The position numbers and the translations under genes are program-made. The notes beneath the pieces were generated by a model. That model was not told where the DNA came from and made no database searches. It worked only from the letters and a program-made list of their open reading frames with translations. From the IMG/VR virus record IMGVR_UViG_3300046524_000568: 64,000 bases of DNA. The stretch is one strand, 5' to 3'. Origin of the DNA: an uncultured virus (IMG/VR IMGVR_UViG_3300046524_000568). Its lineage: Duplodnaviria > Heunggongvirae > Uroviricota > Caudoviricetes. Positions 39,764 to 49,587 of this stretch are shown here, one piece after another (within the stretch, counting starts at the first letter, position 1; each line of letters opens with the position of its first letter).

Positions 39764-40603
39764 TTGGGAAATCTTGTGCGAATTGGTATCTTGCTTTCAG
39801 GCGGTTTTTCATTTCTGAAACTCGCTGCTCTTGTGGACCTGATTGAAGAGGTGAATCAAGCGAAGGCGCTTTTCACGAGCCGCGGTTACTCCGTTGAACT
39901 CTTATCGCAGCAAGGGTCTGCTGTGCAGTCCGGACATAATCTTAAAGTGTCGACGGACAAGCTCGAGCCCGCCAAAGCGAGTGGTTTCCGGCGAATATTT
40001 CGTCTTGACGGAGATGCATTATTTTCTTTCGTTGAGGGCGACTTCGTATCAAGGTTGGTGCAATGCGAGAATGGAAAGGGCTCGGGTAGCGTCATCTTGC
40101 GGGAACATCCCAAACAAGTCACATCACTGGACGCGGTGAATGCGGTCGTAAACCTGATTCGGGAAGATTGCGAACAAGGAGAGGCGCAACGCCTGATAAC
40201 TCTCGTCGAGCAAAAATTCAGCATGCATCCGCTTCTTCGGAGCGATACGAGCTCCCGGGAAGCCCGGATGAGGGCTTCGGCCAGGTGGCTGGTCGAGAAT
40301 CTTTCCAAGAAAATAACGGTGGCCGATGCCGCGGAACAAGTGTCTATGAGCGAGCGGTCGTATCTCAGGAACTTTCGGCAGGTCATCGGCATAGCGCCCT
40401 CTGATTTTCTGATAAACGCTCGGCTGGACCGCGTATGTGAATTGCTTGAGCAATGCGATTATCCGGCAGACAAGCTTGCGCGCATATGTGGCTTTAGAGA
40501 CGGAAGCCACCTTGCAAGAACACTCAAGGCCAGGCGGTTTACCACGGTTAGCGACTACCGTCGCGCCCAAGTGTCTAGAGCCCCACCGAGCGCCAGGGAT
40601 TGA
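39764..40603 (+). CDS. GlxA-like AraC-family transcriptional regulator
   Basis: Shortened DJ-1-like N-terminus; MSERSYLRNFRQVIG..PSDF...RL...LL, CGF...HL. Confidence 0.8.
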   Translation: MGNLVRIGILLSGGFSFLKLAALVDLIEEVNQAKALFTSRGYSVELLSQQGSAVQSGHNLKVSTDKLEPAKASGFRRIFRLDGDALFSFVEGDFVSRLVQCENGKGSGSVILREHPKQVTSLDAVNAVVNLIREDCEQGEAQRLITLVEQKFSMHPLLRSDTSSREARMRASARWLVENLSKKITVADAAEQVSMSERSYLRNFRQVIGIAPSDFLINARLDRVCELLEQCDYPADKLARICGFRDGSHLARTLKARRFTTVSDYRRAQVSRAPPSARD

Positions 40604-40674
40604 GCGCCTGGTTCAACACATTCCGGTTCACGCACGCGTAGCCGGCAATCCAAGTCCAAACTCATACTCCGCAC

Positions 40675-41421
40675 ATGGAACGAGACTCTTCGGCTGTCGT
40701 CATCATGGCCTGCTCGGCGACCAAGCAGGCGCACGCTGCACCCGCACTCGACCTCTACCAAGGGGTCATGTACAGCACGTTTCGCGCGAACGTGAAGCGC
40801 GATGCCCGTCCGCACGTCGTCATTCTTTCGGCGCAGCACGGGTTCATCCCTGGCGACGAAGTCATCGCACCGTATGAGCAACGCCTGACGCCCGAGCGCG
40901 CCAACGAGATGCTCGCAAAGCTCGACGCTTTCATACATGGCCAGATTCCCTCTGGCTCGCGTAAGGTGCTGCTGGCGGGCGGGCAGGAATACCGGCGCGT
41001 GATGCGCGCCGCCGTACAGCGCCAGCTCGAGCGCGGCCGCCTCGCGACAAGCGTGAAAGTGTCGGAAACGTCGGGCGGCATTGGCTATCAGCGCCAGCAG
41101 CTTGGCGCATTCCTGCGCGGACTCTTGCCAGGGCCGGAAATTGTGGGCCATCATCAAAACGGAACGCCGCTCTATCGCACGTTGGGTGCCTTCAGCGTCG
41201 ACCAGCGCGTAAACGTCGTCTACCGCGGCCGCGAAGACCTGGCGCCGGCGCCAGCCATCATCACTGAGCTGTTTCACGGCCAGGTTGGTCCGACGGCAAA
41301 CGTGCGGCTGCTCGAGTCGAAACAGCCCGACAAGGCCTTTACCTGGGTCGGCCTCGGAGACCTGCATGCAATCCCTGGCAGCCGAGGTGTCATCGCCCGC
41401 GCGGATACCATGTCCGAGTAA
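40675..41421 (+). CDS. DUF6884-like domain protein with extra C-terminal domain
   Basis: MACSATK...ALDLYQG, ILSAQHGFI, IAPYEQRL, LAGGQEY, GGIGYQRQQL. Confidence 0.7.
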   Translation: MERDSSAVVIMACSATKQAHAAPALDLYQGVMYSTFRANVKRDARPHVVILSAQHGFIPGDEVIAPYEQRLTPERANEMLAKLDAFIHGQIPSGSRKVLLAGGQEYRRVMRAAVQRQLERGRLATSVKVSETSGGIGYQRQQLGAFLRGLLPGPEIVGHHQNGTPLYRTLGAFSVDQRVNVVYRGREDLAPAPAIITELFHGQVGPTANVRLLESKQPDKAFTWVGLGDLHAIPGSRGVIARADTMSE

Positions 41422-41554
41422 CGAACTTTTTCATGGAAGCTGACAGGAAATACGCCGCAGAAAAAGAGCGCAAACGCATCTTATTGCGCGCCGCTTTCCA
41501 AGTCTGATTCTGTTGAAACTCAAAGGCCCTGCATGGTTGCAGGGCCTTTTTCCT

Positions 41555-42916
41555 TTAATCGAGCAACAATAGCTGCTTCTCTCGGTCGACCAGCTCGCTC
41601 TCAGGAAGCTCTGCGGCCTCTGCGAACTTCGGCCATTGCTTGATTGCTACGCGCACCTGGTCGATGACGTCGCGCGCGGTCCCGATTTTGAACCGGTCCG
41701 CCTCCGCCAACAGGTCATCGACCTCGAAGTCCTTGAACTTGCCATTCACCGACATCAGATGCTGACTCGTCCAATCGCCGTTCGGATTATGAGCGAACGT
41801 GACATCGTACGCCGGCGCCAGCTCCCACGTGGTGCTGCCGTCCCGAAGCAGAAACGAAAAGTTCTTCGTGTGGTCGTCACAGTTTCTGCCCATCACGTTG
41901 AACACCATTCGACGGAATGCTTCTTCCATGTCCTCATACGGCAAATTAAGCCGCACCATTGCCTGGAAGAGCTGCGAATAGGCATTGGTGCCCTTCTTCT
42001 TGTAGTCGACATGGGACATCGCGCAGAGTGTCTGCATGTGATTGCGGCCTCCGTGTCCTTCGCGGTCAAAGCGTCGAGTCATGAAGTGCGCACGGCCGTT
42101 CTCCTTCAGTAGCCGGCAGTCTGTCATTTCTATACCCGCGGCGCGCGCCATCAGGTGATAGGCGTATTCGACGCGCCCATAGTTCTGCGACGCACCGAGT
42201 TCGTGGTCATCGCCCATTCCGTCGAACTTGAGCAGCCAGTGCTCGAAGCCATCCGGGACTTCCAGTTGGCCTGAGCGAATCTCGTCTGTTTTCGGATTCC
42301 ACGCAATGACGGCCTTTGCCCGCGCGCCGCCGGCAGACGTGCCGACGTCGATGATGCTGCGCAGCGCGGCGTTTGCATGGTCGTCCCCATCCATGAGGCC
42401 CGTCACGGCCTTCCGAGCCTCTTCGACGAGCGAGCTGAGTTCGATGGAAGTCGGCTTGTGCGCAGTCGGCCCGCGCGAGGGCTTGAACACGAGCGCACCC
42501 ATCGCGCGATTGCTCATATATGCCAACCGGTCGAGCGGCGTGACGTCTGGCGCCGAGATACCGTGGTCCGCCATGTAGCGGTTGATGAGCGCGTTACCGA
42601 AGTCGTCCGGCAGTGCGTCGCTGAGCATGGCGGGCAATCGCTTGTACGTCGCTTCCGGCAAGTCCGTGAAGATGTAGCCTTCTTCCGAGAGCGGCATTTG
42701 CAGCGGCGAAGGCTCTATGCCCGTGTCTGCGAATTCGGGCGTGTAGTTGAAGACGTAGTAACCGTAGGCTCGGTCGAGCGTAACGGAGCCGATGTGGGTA
42801 TCCCACATATGCACTTCGACGACACCTACGTGAGAAAATGACCTCTTTTTCGGTGCCGCTTTCTTTGCCGGCGTCTTCTTCGCTGCGGTTTTCGTTGCAG
42901 TCTTCTTGGTGGCCAT
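41555..42916 (-). CDS. hipA: HipA-family Ser/Thr kinase toxin
   Basis: LPDDFGNALI, GTSAGGARAKA, WLLKFD, EYAY, RRFDR, NCDDHTKNFS, LAPAYD. Confidence 0.92.
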   Translation of the reverse strand: MATKKTATKTAAKKTPAKKAAPKKRSFSHVGVVEVHMWDTHIGSVTLDRAYGYYVFNYTPEFADTGIEPSPLQMPLSEEGYIFTDLPEATYKRLPAMLSDALPDDFGNALINRYMADHGISAPDVTPLDRLAYMSNRAMGALVFKPSRGPTAHKPTSIELSSLVEEARKAVTGLMDGDDHANAALRSIIDVGTSAGGARAKAVIAWNPKTDEIRSGQLEVPDGFEHWLLKFDGMGDDHELGASQNYGRVEYAYHLMARAAGIEMTDCRLLKENGRAHFMTRRFDREGHGGRNHMQTLCAMSHVDYKKKGTNAYSQLFQAMVRLNLPYEDMEEAFRRMVFNVMGRNCDDHTKNFSFLLRDGSTTWELAPAYDVTFAHNPNGDWTSQHLMSVNGKFKDFEVDDLLAEADRFKIGTARDVIDQVRVAIKQWPKFAEAAELPESELVDREKQLLLLD

Positions 42917-42942
42917 ACGAGTCCTTGGAGAATGCGCTATTT

Positions 42943-43188
42943 TTAGGCTGTCACGCCGAAGTCCGCGAGATACCGACGAAGCGCCGTGGTGGTGTCCCAC
43001 TTCTGGTGAAGAATCGAAGAATCCGCGATGACACCGACGGCCGGCCAGTCCTTCACTTCAAATACAACGGCAATTGCGCCGTCCGCGTCACCGATGTGCT
43101 CCTCAAGAAAGTGTCGAACATCGTCGAGCGATTGAGTGTTCGCAATCTGCAGGATGTTGGTTCCGACCGCTACGACTTTCAATTCCAT
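42943..43188 (-). CDS. Small hypothetical protein between antitoxin-like gene and hipA
   Basis: RBS GGAG; same strand as flanking genes. Confidence 0.5.
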   Translation of the reverse strand: MELKVVAVGTNILQIANTQSLDDVRHFLEEHIGDADGAIAVVFEVKDWPAVGVIADSSILHQKWDTTTALRRYLADFGVTA

Positions 43189-43338
43189 TTGAACTCCGAC
43201 AAATAGGGGAAGGACGGGCCGCGCCTTCGGAGATTAGGCGTATATCTTGGCAACCGGTCCTGACCTAAGACGCGAGACGCGCGCGGCCGCTTCACGGTTG
43301 CCAGCTCCCCCTACGTCGAGGCAGCCGCCGCAAGAAAG

Positions 43339-43812
43339 TTACTCAGGTTTCTTGCTGGATTTGGTAGGCGGCTCCGATGACGTGGAGTCAGTCTGCCTTG
43401 CTGTCGCAATCAGACGCCGGGCTGCATTGAGCCGGACCGGCGAAATAAGTGGCTTGCCCTCTCCACGTTCTGCCTGCTCGGCGGTGGCCAGCAGCCGTTT
43501 GGCGGCGTTGAGCTTGACCGCGGGACTGGTGGCACGCACACGCGTTGACGCGCGGCTCGTCAAGGTCAACGGATTGACTGTCGCAACAGGGGCCACCGTA
43601 TCCAGCCAAGACTCACGGCCGAGCGCGCGCACGACGCTCAGCAGGGTCTTGAGGGTCGAGCCTTGCCCCGCCTCGATGTTGCGCAAGGCGCGCACGCTCA
43701 CGTCGGCGCGCGCCGCGAGAGTCTTCTGGTCCCAGTTCTTGTTGAGCCGGAGCCGCTTGAGCTTCTCGCCCAAGTCGGTTTCCAGCTCCTCGAGTGTCTG
43801 ACTACCGGCCAT
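43339..43812 (-). CDS. HipB-like XRE helix-turn-helix antitoxin with repeated C-terminal tail
   Basis: RBS GGAGG; LGEKLKRLRL...QKTLAARADVS..ALRNIEAG. Confidence 0.85.
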   Translation of the reverse strand: MAGSQTLEELETDLGEKLKRLRLNKNWDQKTLAARADVSVRALRNIEAGQGSTLKTLLSVVRALGRESWLDTVAPVATVNPLTLTSRASTRVRATSPAVKLNAAKRLLATAEQAERGEGKPLISPVRLNAARRLIATARQTDSTSSEPPTKSSKKPE

Positions 43813-43832
43813 CTCAAACCTCCGCTGCACAA

Positions 43833-43990
43833 GCGCCCTTATTCTGCCGTTAGACAATTAAAGACGCGGAGAAGCGCCCTTATTATGCCTCTATTGTAGA
43901 ACAGACAGAGCGTTACGTCAAACTTCATAAGAGGCAGATTTAGGGTGCTTGATGGAATTTTTGTGTGTTTAGAGGCATAAATGCGCCTCT
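43833..43990. promoter_or_regulatory. Repeated operator-like sites upstream of hipB-like gene
   Basis: GCGCCCTTATTCTGCC (43833), GCGCCCTTATTATGCCTCT (43874), inverted AGAGGCAGATTTAGGGTGC (43930), AGAGGCATAA (43971). Confidence 0.65.
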
Positions 43991-44005
43991 TGTGCAACAA
44001 CGTGT

Positions 44006-44743
44006 CTAACCACCCATCAACTGCACAAGCACGGGTTCGAGCAGCGCCAGGCCCTCGCTCGCCGTTGCGCGCACATTTCGCCCGAAGTAGCGCTGGTCGG
44101 CGAGTTCGGGATTAACCTGCCAGACGCGGTCGTCGCCGGCACGCCGAGCAGGCACCAGCATATCCACCGGAATCACACGCATCGACGTTCCGATGACCAG
44201 CAGAATGTCGTCGGCCCCCTGCCGCTCCAGCTCTTCGCCCAGAATGAGATAGCCCGGACTCGATTCACCGAAAAACACCACGCCCGGCTTGACCGGGTCG
44301 ACGTCGCCGCATCGCGGACACGGGACGGTTGGGTCGATAGCAGCCTGCCCGATGTCGAACTTGCGATAGCAGTTGTCGCACAGCATCGTGGTGAGCTCGC
44401 CGTGCAGGTGAGTGACCCCTATCGCGCCGGCGCGCTCGAGCAGGTCGTCGACGTTCTGGGTCAACAGCCGCACGCGCGACACGCCCCACTGGGATTGCCA
44501 GTGCGCGAGACACCGGTGCGCCTCGTTGGGCTGCGCGGCCCGCACTTCCTCCTTGCGTTTCGCGTAGAAGTCAAAGACCTTCGTGCGGTTTCGTCTCCAA
44601 ACGTGATAGTTGCAGACCTCCTCGAGGTTGAACTGCGACCAGATGCCGCCTGTGTCGCGAAAAGTCGCGAGGCCGCTTTCCGCGGAGAGCCCGGCGCCTG
44701 AGATGACGACGAGCCGCGGGTGGTTGGTGTCGTCGTGCGTCAT
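44006..44743 (-). CDS. Sir2/CobB-family NAD-dependent deacylase
   Basis: SGAGLSAESGLATFRD, TQNVDDLLERAG, HLHG, CxxC/CxxC, KPGVVFFGE, IGTS. Confidence 0.92.
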   Translation of the reverse strand: MTHDDTNHPRLVVISGAGLSAESGLATFRDTGGIWSQFNLEEVCNYHVWRRNRTKVFDFYAKRKEEVRAAQPNEAHRCLAHWQSQWGVSRVRLLTQNVDDLLERAGAIGVTHLHGELTTMLCDNCYRKFDIGQAAIDPTVPCPRCGDVDPVKPGVVFFGESSPGYLILGEELERQGADDILLVIGTSMRVIPVDMLVPARRAGDDRVWQVNPELADQRYFGRNVRATASEGLALLEPVLVQLMGG

Positions 44744-44761
44744 AGTGCTGCCCCCGTCGGA

Positions 44762-45751
44762 TTAATGCGCAAGAAAGCGCTTCTGTTTTCCGAAAAATGT
44801 CTTGATGTAACGGTCGATGGCCGGCTTTGATGCCGCACCCTGCTCACACCAGGCGTGCAGGCGGAACGGCAGGTCCAGGTCCTCGCAATCCGGATGCAAT
44901 AACTCCAGCAATGCCAGGCCGCGCGCTGAGATTACAACGGCGTGTTTGCCATCCACCGTTGTGCGAGCGAGGAGGCCCGCCGAAAGGAGGTTTTCCAGAA
45001 TCGGAGACCGCGATGCCGCACTTCCGAGCCGCGTGCGCCACTCGCCAGGCATCACCTGGTAGCGGCCTGTGCCCGGCCAGCGATGCATCAGCTGGATGAC
45101 AGTTCCGTCGGTCATCGGCTGTTTGTTACGCAGGTTGTACAGAAGCTGCAGCGCATATTTCGACAGCGGCGGCGCGTCAGCCGGCACGCCGGCGCGGCGC
45201 TGCGTTTCACCCAGAATGGCGAGGCTATTCACATTCCAGTTCCAGTCGAAATAGCGCTTTACACGCCCGTACTCGAAGCTCTCGGTGCATAGCTCTCCAA
45301 ACGGAGCCATCTGCGCGAATGCCCTCACGATGAACGCATCGTCCAGAGCGGAGAGCGAGAGCGCCGGGCACGCCAGAAAGCGGACATCGCTGAACACCTG
45401 TTCGAGCAGTACCGCAAAAGCGGTCGCTCCCGTATGGTCAGGGTCGCAGGCAGACACGATGAGGTCCGCCGAAGTAAACAGCTCAGCGCTCATTGCGGCC
45501 TTCACGAGGGAACCATCGGCAGTCAGGGTGTACGGGGCGCACTGCCATTCGCTCCAGGGGGCAAGCCGATTGTTCGGCTCCGATAGCAAAGGATACTCGT
45601 GCAACTTGTGTCCGCGCGGATAGCTGAAGCGGATGTTGCTAAATGGGTTGGCGTGAACAAAGGTGATGCTGGCGTCGGGCCAGTGCTTGCGCGCAAACGG
45701 CGCGATACAGCTAGCGACCGAGGGTTTCTCGGTCACGATGAGAACATTCAT
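44762..45751 (-). CDS. Toprim-domain protein related to the type IA topoisomerase N-terminus (truncated architecture)
   Basis: LIVTEKPSVA and ACDPDHTG Toprim motifs; only ~330 aa. Confidence 0.75.
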   Translation of the reverse strand: MNVLIVTEKPSVASCIAPFARKHWPDASITFVHANPFSNIRFSYPRGHKLHEYPLLSEPNNRLAPWSEWQCAPYTLTADGSLVKAAMSAELFTSADLIVSACDPDHTGATAFAVLLEQVFSDVRFLACPALSLSALDDAFIVRAFAQMAPFGELCTESFEYGRVKRYFDWNWNVNSLAILGETQRRAGVPADAPPLSKYALQLLYNLRNKQPMTDGTVIQLMHRWPGTGRYQVMPGEWRTRLGSAASRSPILENLLSAGLLARTTVDGKHAVVISARGLALLELLHPDCEDLDLPFRLHAWCEQGAASKPAIDRYIKTFFGKQKRFLAH

Positions 45752-46071
45752 GTCCGTACTCCGATAACGGAAGGTTGGCGTTTGCGTGGCTTTGCCACGG
45801 ACTCCCGATAGTATATTTGTAAACTCGCAATAAGGTAAGCCATCGCTTACACTGGCATTATTTGATATACTGAACCACACTGACCGGACGAGCCATGAAA
45901 ATGCGAGCGCTGCGCCGCCGCCCGCGGGCATGTACCTGCACGGCCCGTGGCATCGTGCCCGGCGAGTGCTCGACAACTATGTGGTCGTGCGGGTGTTTGA
46001 AAACGTCGGTCACGACGAGCACAACTGCTGGACAGAGTATCTGATTCTTAGGTTCAAGTAAGGAGCCCGCT

Positions 46072-46830
46072 GTGGCCAAAATTCAAGACACGAAGATTGC
46101 CGTTAAGGACCCCGCCACGGACGAGCGCCTCGAACTGAAGTGCGCCACGAGCATCGACGATGCAGGCGTGTTCCAGGTCCGGGTGCCGGAAGAGCTGCTC
46201 GAGGTTGTGCGTGCGACCCAATTCGATGGAATGACCGTTGCGCGTGTGAGCGTACGTGGCCACACGCACCTGCGCGGGCCGGTGCTGGCTACCCTTCGTG
46301 AGGCGCTTCAGCAGGCGTACCTTCAGGTGTTGACGCCCGATGTAACAGTCGAGCGCGTCATCCTCTACCACCTTGGCTCGCACGTCTCGTTCGCAGAAAC
46401 ACCGGATGGCACCGTCGTTCCGAATGCCTCGTGGCCGGACGCTCGCTGGGCCCCGGACAAGTGGTACGGCAATCATCACTCAGGCAATCCGTCCCGAGAT
46501 GGCTACTCGCTCGTAATCGGCGCGCGAGTGGTCGACAAGAAGACGCTCAGGCGCGGGAACACCGTTACCGTCAAATACGAAAAGGTCGGCGCAGCCGGTG
46601 AGCGCAACGACCCGCTGTACCTGCTGCAGTCATGGGCCGCGTTCTCGCTGCCGGATGACTGCCCCGAGATGCCCTATTCGCCAGAAGCCGCCCTGTTTTT
46701 CCATCGGCTGTTGGTGGGCATGGCTGAGTTGTCGCGCCGGATTCAGGAGTTCGCCCACGACGAGCAGCGGCTCCTATCCGTCATCGCCAACGGCGGCGGG
46801 TCGCTGCTGCCGGCGCCTACTGCTACCTAA
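46072..46830 (+). CDS. Hypothetical protein
   Basis: RBS AAGGAG; long ORF with typical codon usage. Confidence 0.7.
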   Translation: MAKIQDTKIAVKDPATDERLELKCATSIDDAGVFQVRVPEELLEVVRATQFDGMTVARVSVRGHTHLRGPVLATLREALQQAYLQVLTPDVTVERVILYHLGSHVSFAETPDGTVVPNASWPDARWAPDKWYGNHHSGNPSRDGYSLVIGARVVDKKTLRRGNTVTVKYEKVGAAGERNDPLYLLQSWAAFSLPDDCPEMPYSPEAALFFHRLLVGMAELSRRIQEFAHDEQRLLSVIANGGGSLLPAPTAT

Positions 46831-46863
46831 TGACATTTTGTCGAGCTTGATACGAGACCTGCA

Positions 46864-47175
46864 ATGCCCCAGACCACCCTCGAGCGGCTGTTAGCCGACC
46901 TGATACCCTGGTTGAACCAGAACCTCCCGCTGGACCCAAAGAAGCCGGTGTCCACGAGCGACATCGCACATATCTCGCTGACAGCTATCGAGCTGGATGA
47001 GATACCCGCGCCTGACGAGTATTGCGAATGGCGCCGCGCGCGCTTCAAGCGTTTCGCTGGCATCGAACTGTGGGAATGTCGCTACGCGCTGCCTCCGATT
47101 ACGGAGCAAGCATCGCTGCGCGGGCGTATCGCGTGGATGATGACGTCGAGCACTGCGGCGCTATTCAAGCGCTGA
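46864..47175 (+). CDS. Hypothetical protein
   Basis: ORF downstream of 46072 gene. Confidence 0.5.
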   Translation: MPQTTLERLLADLIPWLNQNLPLDPKKPVSTSDIAHISLTAIELDEIPAPDEYCEWRRARFKRFAGIELWECRYALPPITEQASLRGRIAWMMTSSTAALFKR

Positions 47176-47203
47176 AGCGCGCCGCCGGCCGGGCTACGGG
47201 CTA

Positions 47204-47572
47204 CTATGAGACCCGGCTGAGCACGCGTCGAAGCGAGTACAACACTCGCTTGTAGAAAGGATTGCGGCGAACCTGCCAAGTCTGCCATTTACCGTTCTGT
47301 GGCCCCATGATGCGCTTGTCATCGTAGAGGCGATAGAGGAACCGTGTGTAAAGTTCGCACGTCGGGCAGTTTCCGATGGCTTCCAGCACCGCCATGTGCG
47401 GTGTGTGCTTGGTCAGCATCCCTTTGACGCGCTCGTCTTCCATGGCCTGGCCACATCGGAAACAGTTGCACGAGAGCGTGGTCCAGCGGAAGCCGTTGTC
47501 GAACTCAAGCGGCATCTGCTCCGCAATGGCCGACATTTTCAGCAGTTCCACGTCCCGCGCCGTCAAAGCCAT
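47204..47572 (-). CDS. Zinc-ribbon hypothetical protein
   Basis: RBS GGGAG; CFRC and CPTC; TATAAT upstream. Confidence 0.6.
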   Translation of the reverse strand: MALTARDVELLKMSAIAEQMPLEFDNGFRWTTLSCNCFRCGQAMEDERVKGMLTKHTPHMAVLEAIGNCPTCELYTRFLYRLYDDKRIMGPQNGKWQTWQVRRNPFYKRVLYSLRRVLSRVS

Positions 47573-48055
47573 CAGAATCTCCCTTTGAATAGTGAAATTA
47601 TAATACAAAAAGGGACTTTTATTAATTGAAAATCGACATGCGCAGACCGTTGAACACACCTACACGGCGACATCGGCAATGGGTCCCAGCAGCGCACCTC
47701 CGGGAGAGCGCGACAGCTCCCTTTTCTCGAACAGCGTTCTTGGTTGCGGAGTGGTCGACGCAACCATCTCCGCCGACCTCGACCGTTGCTTTGCGATTGG
47801 CCTTTGTCGCGCCAGCTCGCGATGGTGGTTGTAAGGCCGCAGACCAGGTGTTTGACGACATTCCGGGCATGCGCCACGAAGTGCCCGCCACAACGCGTGC
47901 ACGGGGCTATCCGCAGGCCAATGCGTTAGAGATGCGCGCCGGGAAGTGCGCGGGGGTCGCCGCGCAACGGGCATGCTCCCGGTCTCCTACGCCTTTTGCG
48001 CTTGGCCAAAAGAAAACCGCGCAATGCTGCGCGGTTTGAGTTTGAATCAAGAATT

Positions 48056-48562
48056 TTAAGCGGCAAGCGGTAACTGTTGTTCTGCTCGCAACTGGTCGCG
48101 AACCCACATCCAGGCCTGACCCAACAGATTCTGGCCCCGCCATTTCGCCGGGTCCAACGCGAGTGGGTCCCTCTCGCTCAGACCGATGCCCCAGATGTCG
48201 TCGTTCGGGCTTGCCTCGACCAGAATACGGTTACCGGTGCCCAGAAGCTGCCGCGCGATTTCCGGGTTCTGACGTGCCTTTTCGAGCAGACCGCGTCGAA
48301 CGAATCGAAGCCGGTTGTCGACCCATTCCTGTTCGACAAAGGGCTTCACCTGCCGGCCGAGTGCCTTCACCTTGGAGGGGTCCGGTTCAGCCAGAATCAG
48401 CTTTGCCGTATCCGCATCCTTGAAGAACATGGCCTTGCAGTACATCATGTACTGCTCCCCGTTCGCGAACGGGATGCCCTTTACCGTGAAGCCGGTCGGG
48501 TTCCAGTTGGAATAGCACTCCGATTTACCGTAAAACAGCACCAGCTTGAAGGTCGTTTTCAT
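48056..48562 (-). CDS. NADAR (YbiA-like) family protein
   Basis: EQYMMYCKAMFFKD, KALGRQV, LVEASPNDDIWGIG, WRGQNLLG. Confidence 0.92.
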   Translation of the reverse strand: MKTTFKLVLFYGKSECYSNWNPTGFTVKGIPFANGEQYMMYCKAMFFKDADTAKLILAEPDPSKVKALGRQVKPFVEQEWVDNRLRFVRRGLLEKARQNPEIARQLLGTGNRILVEASPNDDIWGIGLSERDPLALDPAKWRGQNLLGQAWMWVRDQLRAEQQLPLAA

Positions 48563-48795
48563 GCTGCCTCCGCTTGTTCGACCGCAATGTTGACTTCGGT
48601 GCCGGACGGATAGCCGGTGGCGCTGAAGTTTTCGTAGTAGACGACGACGCAGTTGCCATTGTCTTCCAGTTCGACTTGCTCGACGCGCCCATACTCATAC
48701 GGCGCGAGCGGGTCGTGCTTCAGGAACGGGCACGACTCGAGGTCGACCAGGTCACCTTCGACCAGGTCTTCGACTTTTTTGCGGACAGGTTGCAT
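48559..48795 (-). CDS. Small acidic hypothetical protein coupled to NADAR
   Basis: RBS GAGGA; ATGA overlap with NADAR. Confidence 0.6.
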   Translation of the reverse strand: MQPVRKKVEDLVEGDLVDLESCPFLKHDPLAPYEYGRVEQVELEDNGNCVVVYYENFSATGYPSGTEVNIAVEQAEAA

Positions 48796-48992
48796 ATTGG
48801 TTCCTCTGTGTGGCGCGACGCGCGTTCTTTCGTATAAAAAAGGCCTGCGCTTGCCGCAGCTATAGGTAATGGCCTCAACCCGTATAGCGTTCATAGCTCT
48901 GCGTGCCATGGCGCCGGTGTGCGCCGCGCTGACCATATCAACGCTATACCACTGTTCCGGCGCCCAGCCCGCCTTTCATCGTTCGACCACAC

Positions 48993-49346
48993 ATGCATTC
49001 AATTCTGACCCAACTATTGGGGCACGTATCTAGTCCATGGCTTATCTGGATTCCCCCCGTTGTCGCTGGCTTTGTCGGCGTAGCCTCAGGAACACCGATT
49101 CCGGTCCTGGAGGGCCTACTGCTAATGGGGGCTCTGGGAAAAGGGCCCGACCTGCTCGTGAATGCCCCACTGTTCCTACAGGATGTCGGAGCCATCGTTC
49201 TTTTGTGCTGGGCTCTTTCATTCCTGGTGATGATTGGCCGCTTCTTCCGCTCGTCGAACGGATGGGTTGACTGGACCTATCCGTCTTTCGGACAGTTGAT
49301 TGTGGATTTCAAGGAGCGCCTCACGCGCGTCTCGAAAAAACCATAG
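48993..49346 (+). CDS. Membrane protein
   Basis: Hydrophobic segments; GCTATACC at 48943. Confidence 0.55.
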   Translation: MHSILTQLLGHVSSPWLIWIPPVVAGFVGVASGTPIPVLEGLLLMGALGKGPDLLVNAPLFLQDVGAIVLLCWALSFLVMIGRFFRSSNGWVDWTYPSFGQLIVDFKERLTRVSKKP

Positions 49347-49587
49347 ATTATTTGTAGCCGCCCCCCGTGCCGTTCCATAAGAGTTCCACTCCGGCTTAAC
49401 GCGTCAGCCTGACCTTGCGGCGTATAGCCGGGCGTCCCGATGGTCACGCAGCGAGCGGGGCACGCCTGCCCTCGCACACATGAAAACCTGTTGTGCTTGA
49501 GGCCAGTTTTCACAAATCCAAGCAGCGTGTTGATATTACACCATTTATCGCTATACTACTCTGCATACTGTTGACCATATACTACAC

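Noticed and set aside
45931..46060. Possible 43-aa ORF upstream of 46072
   Set aside because: No clear RBS and too short to support
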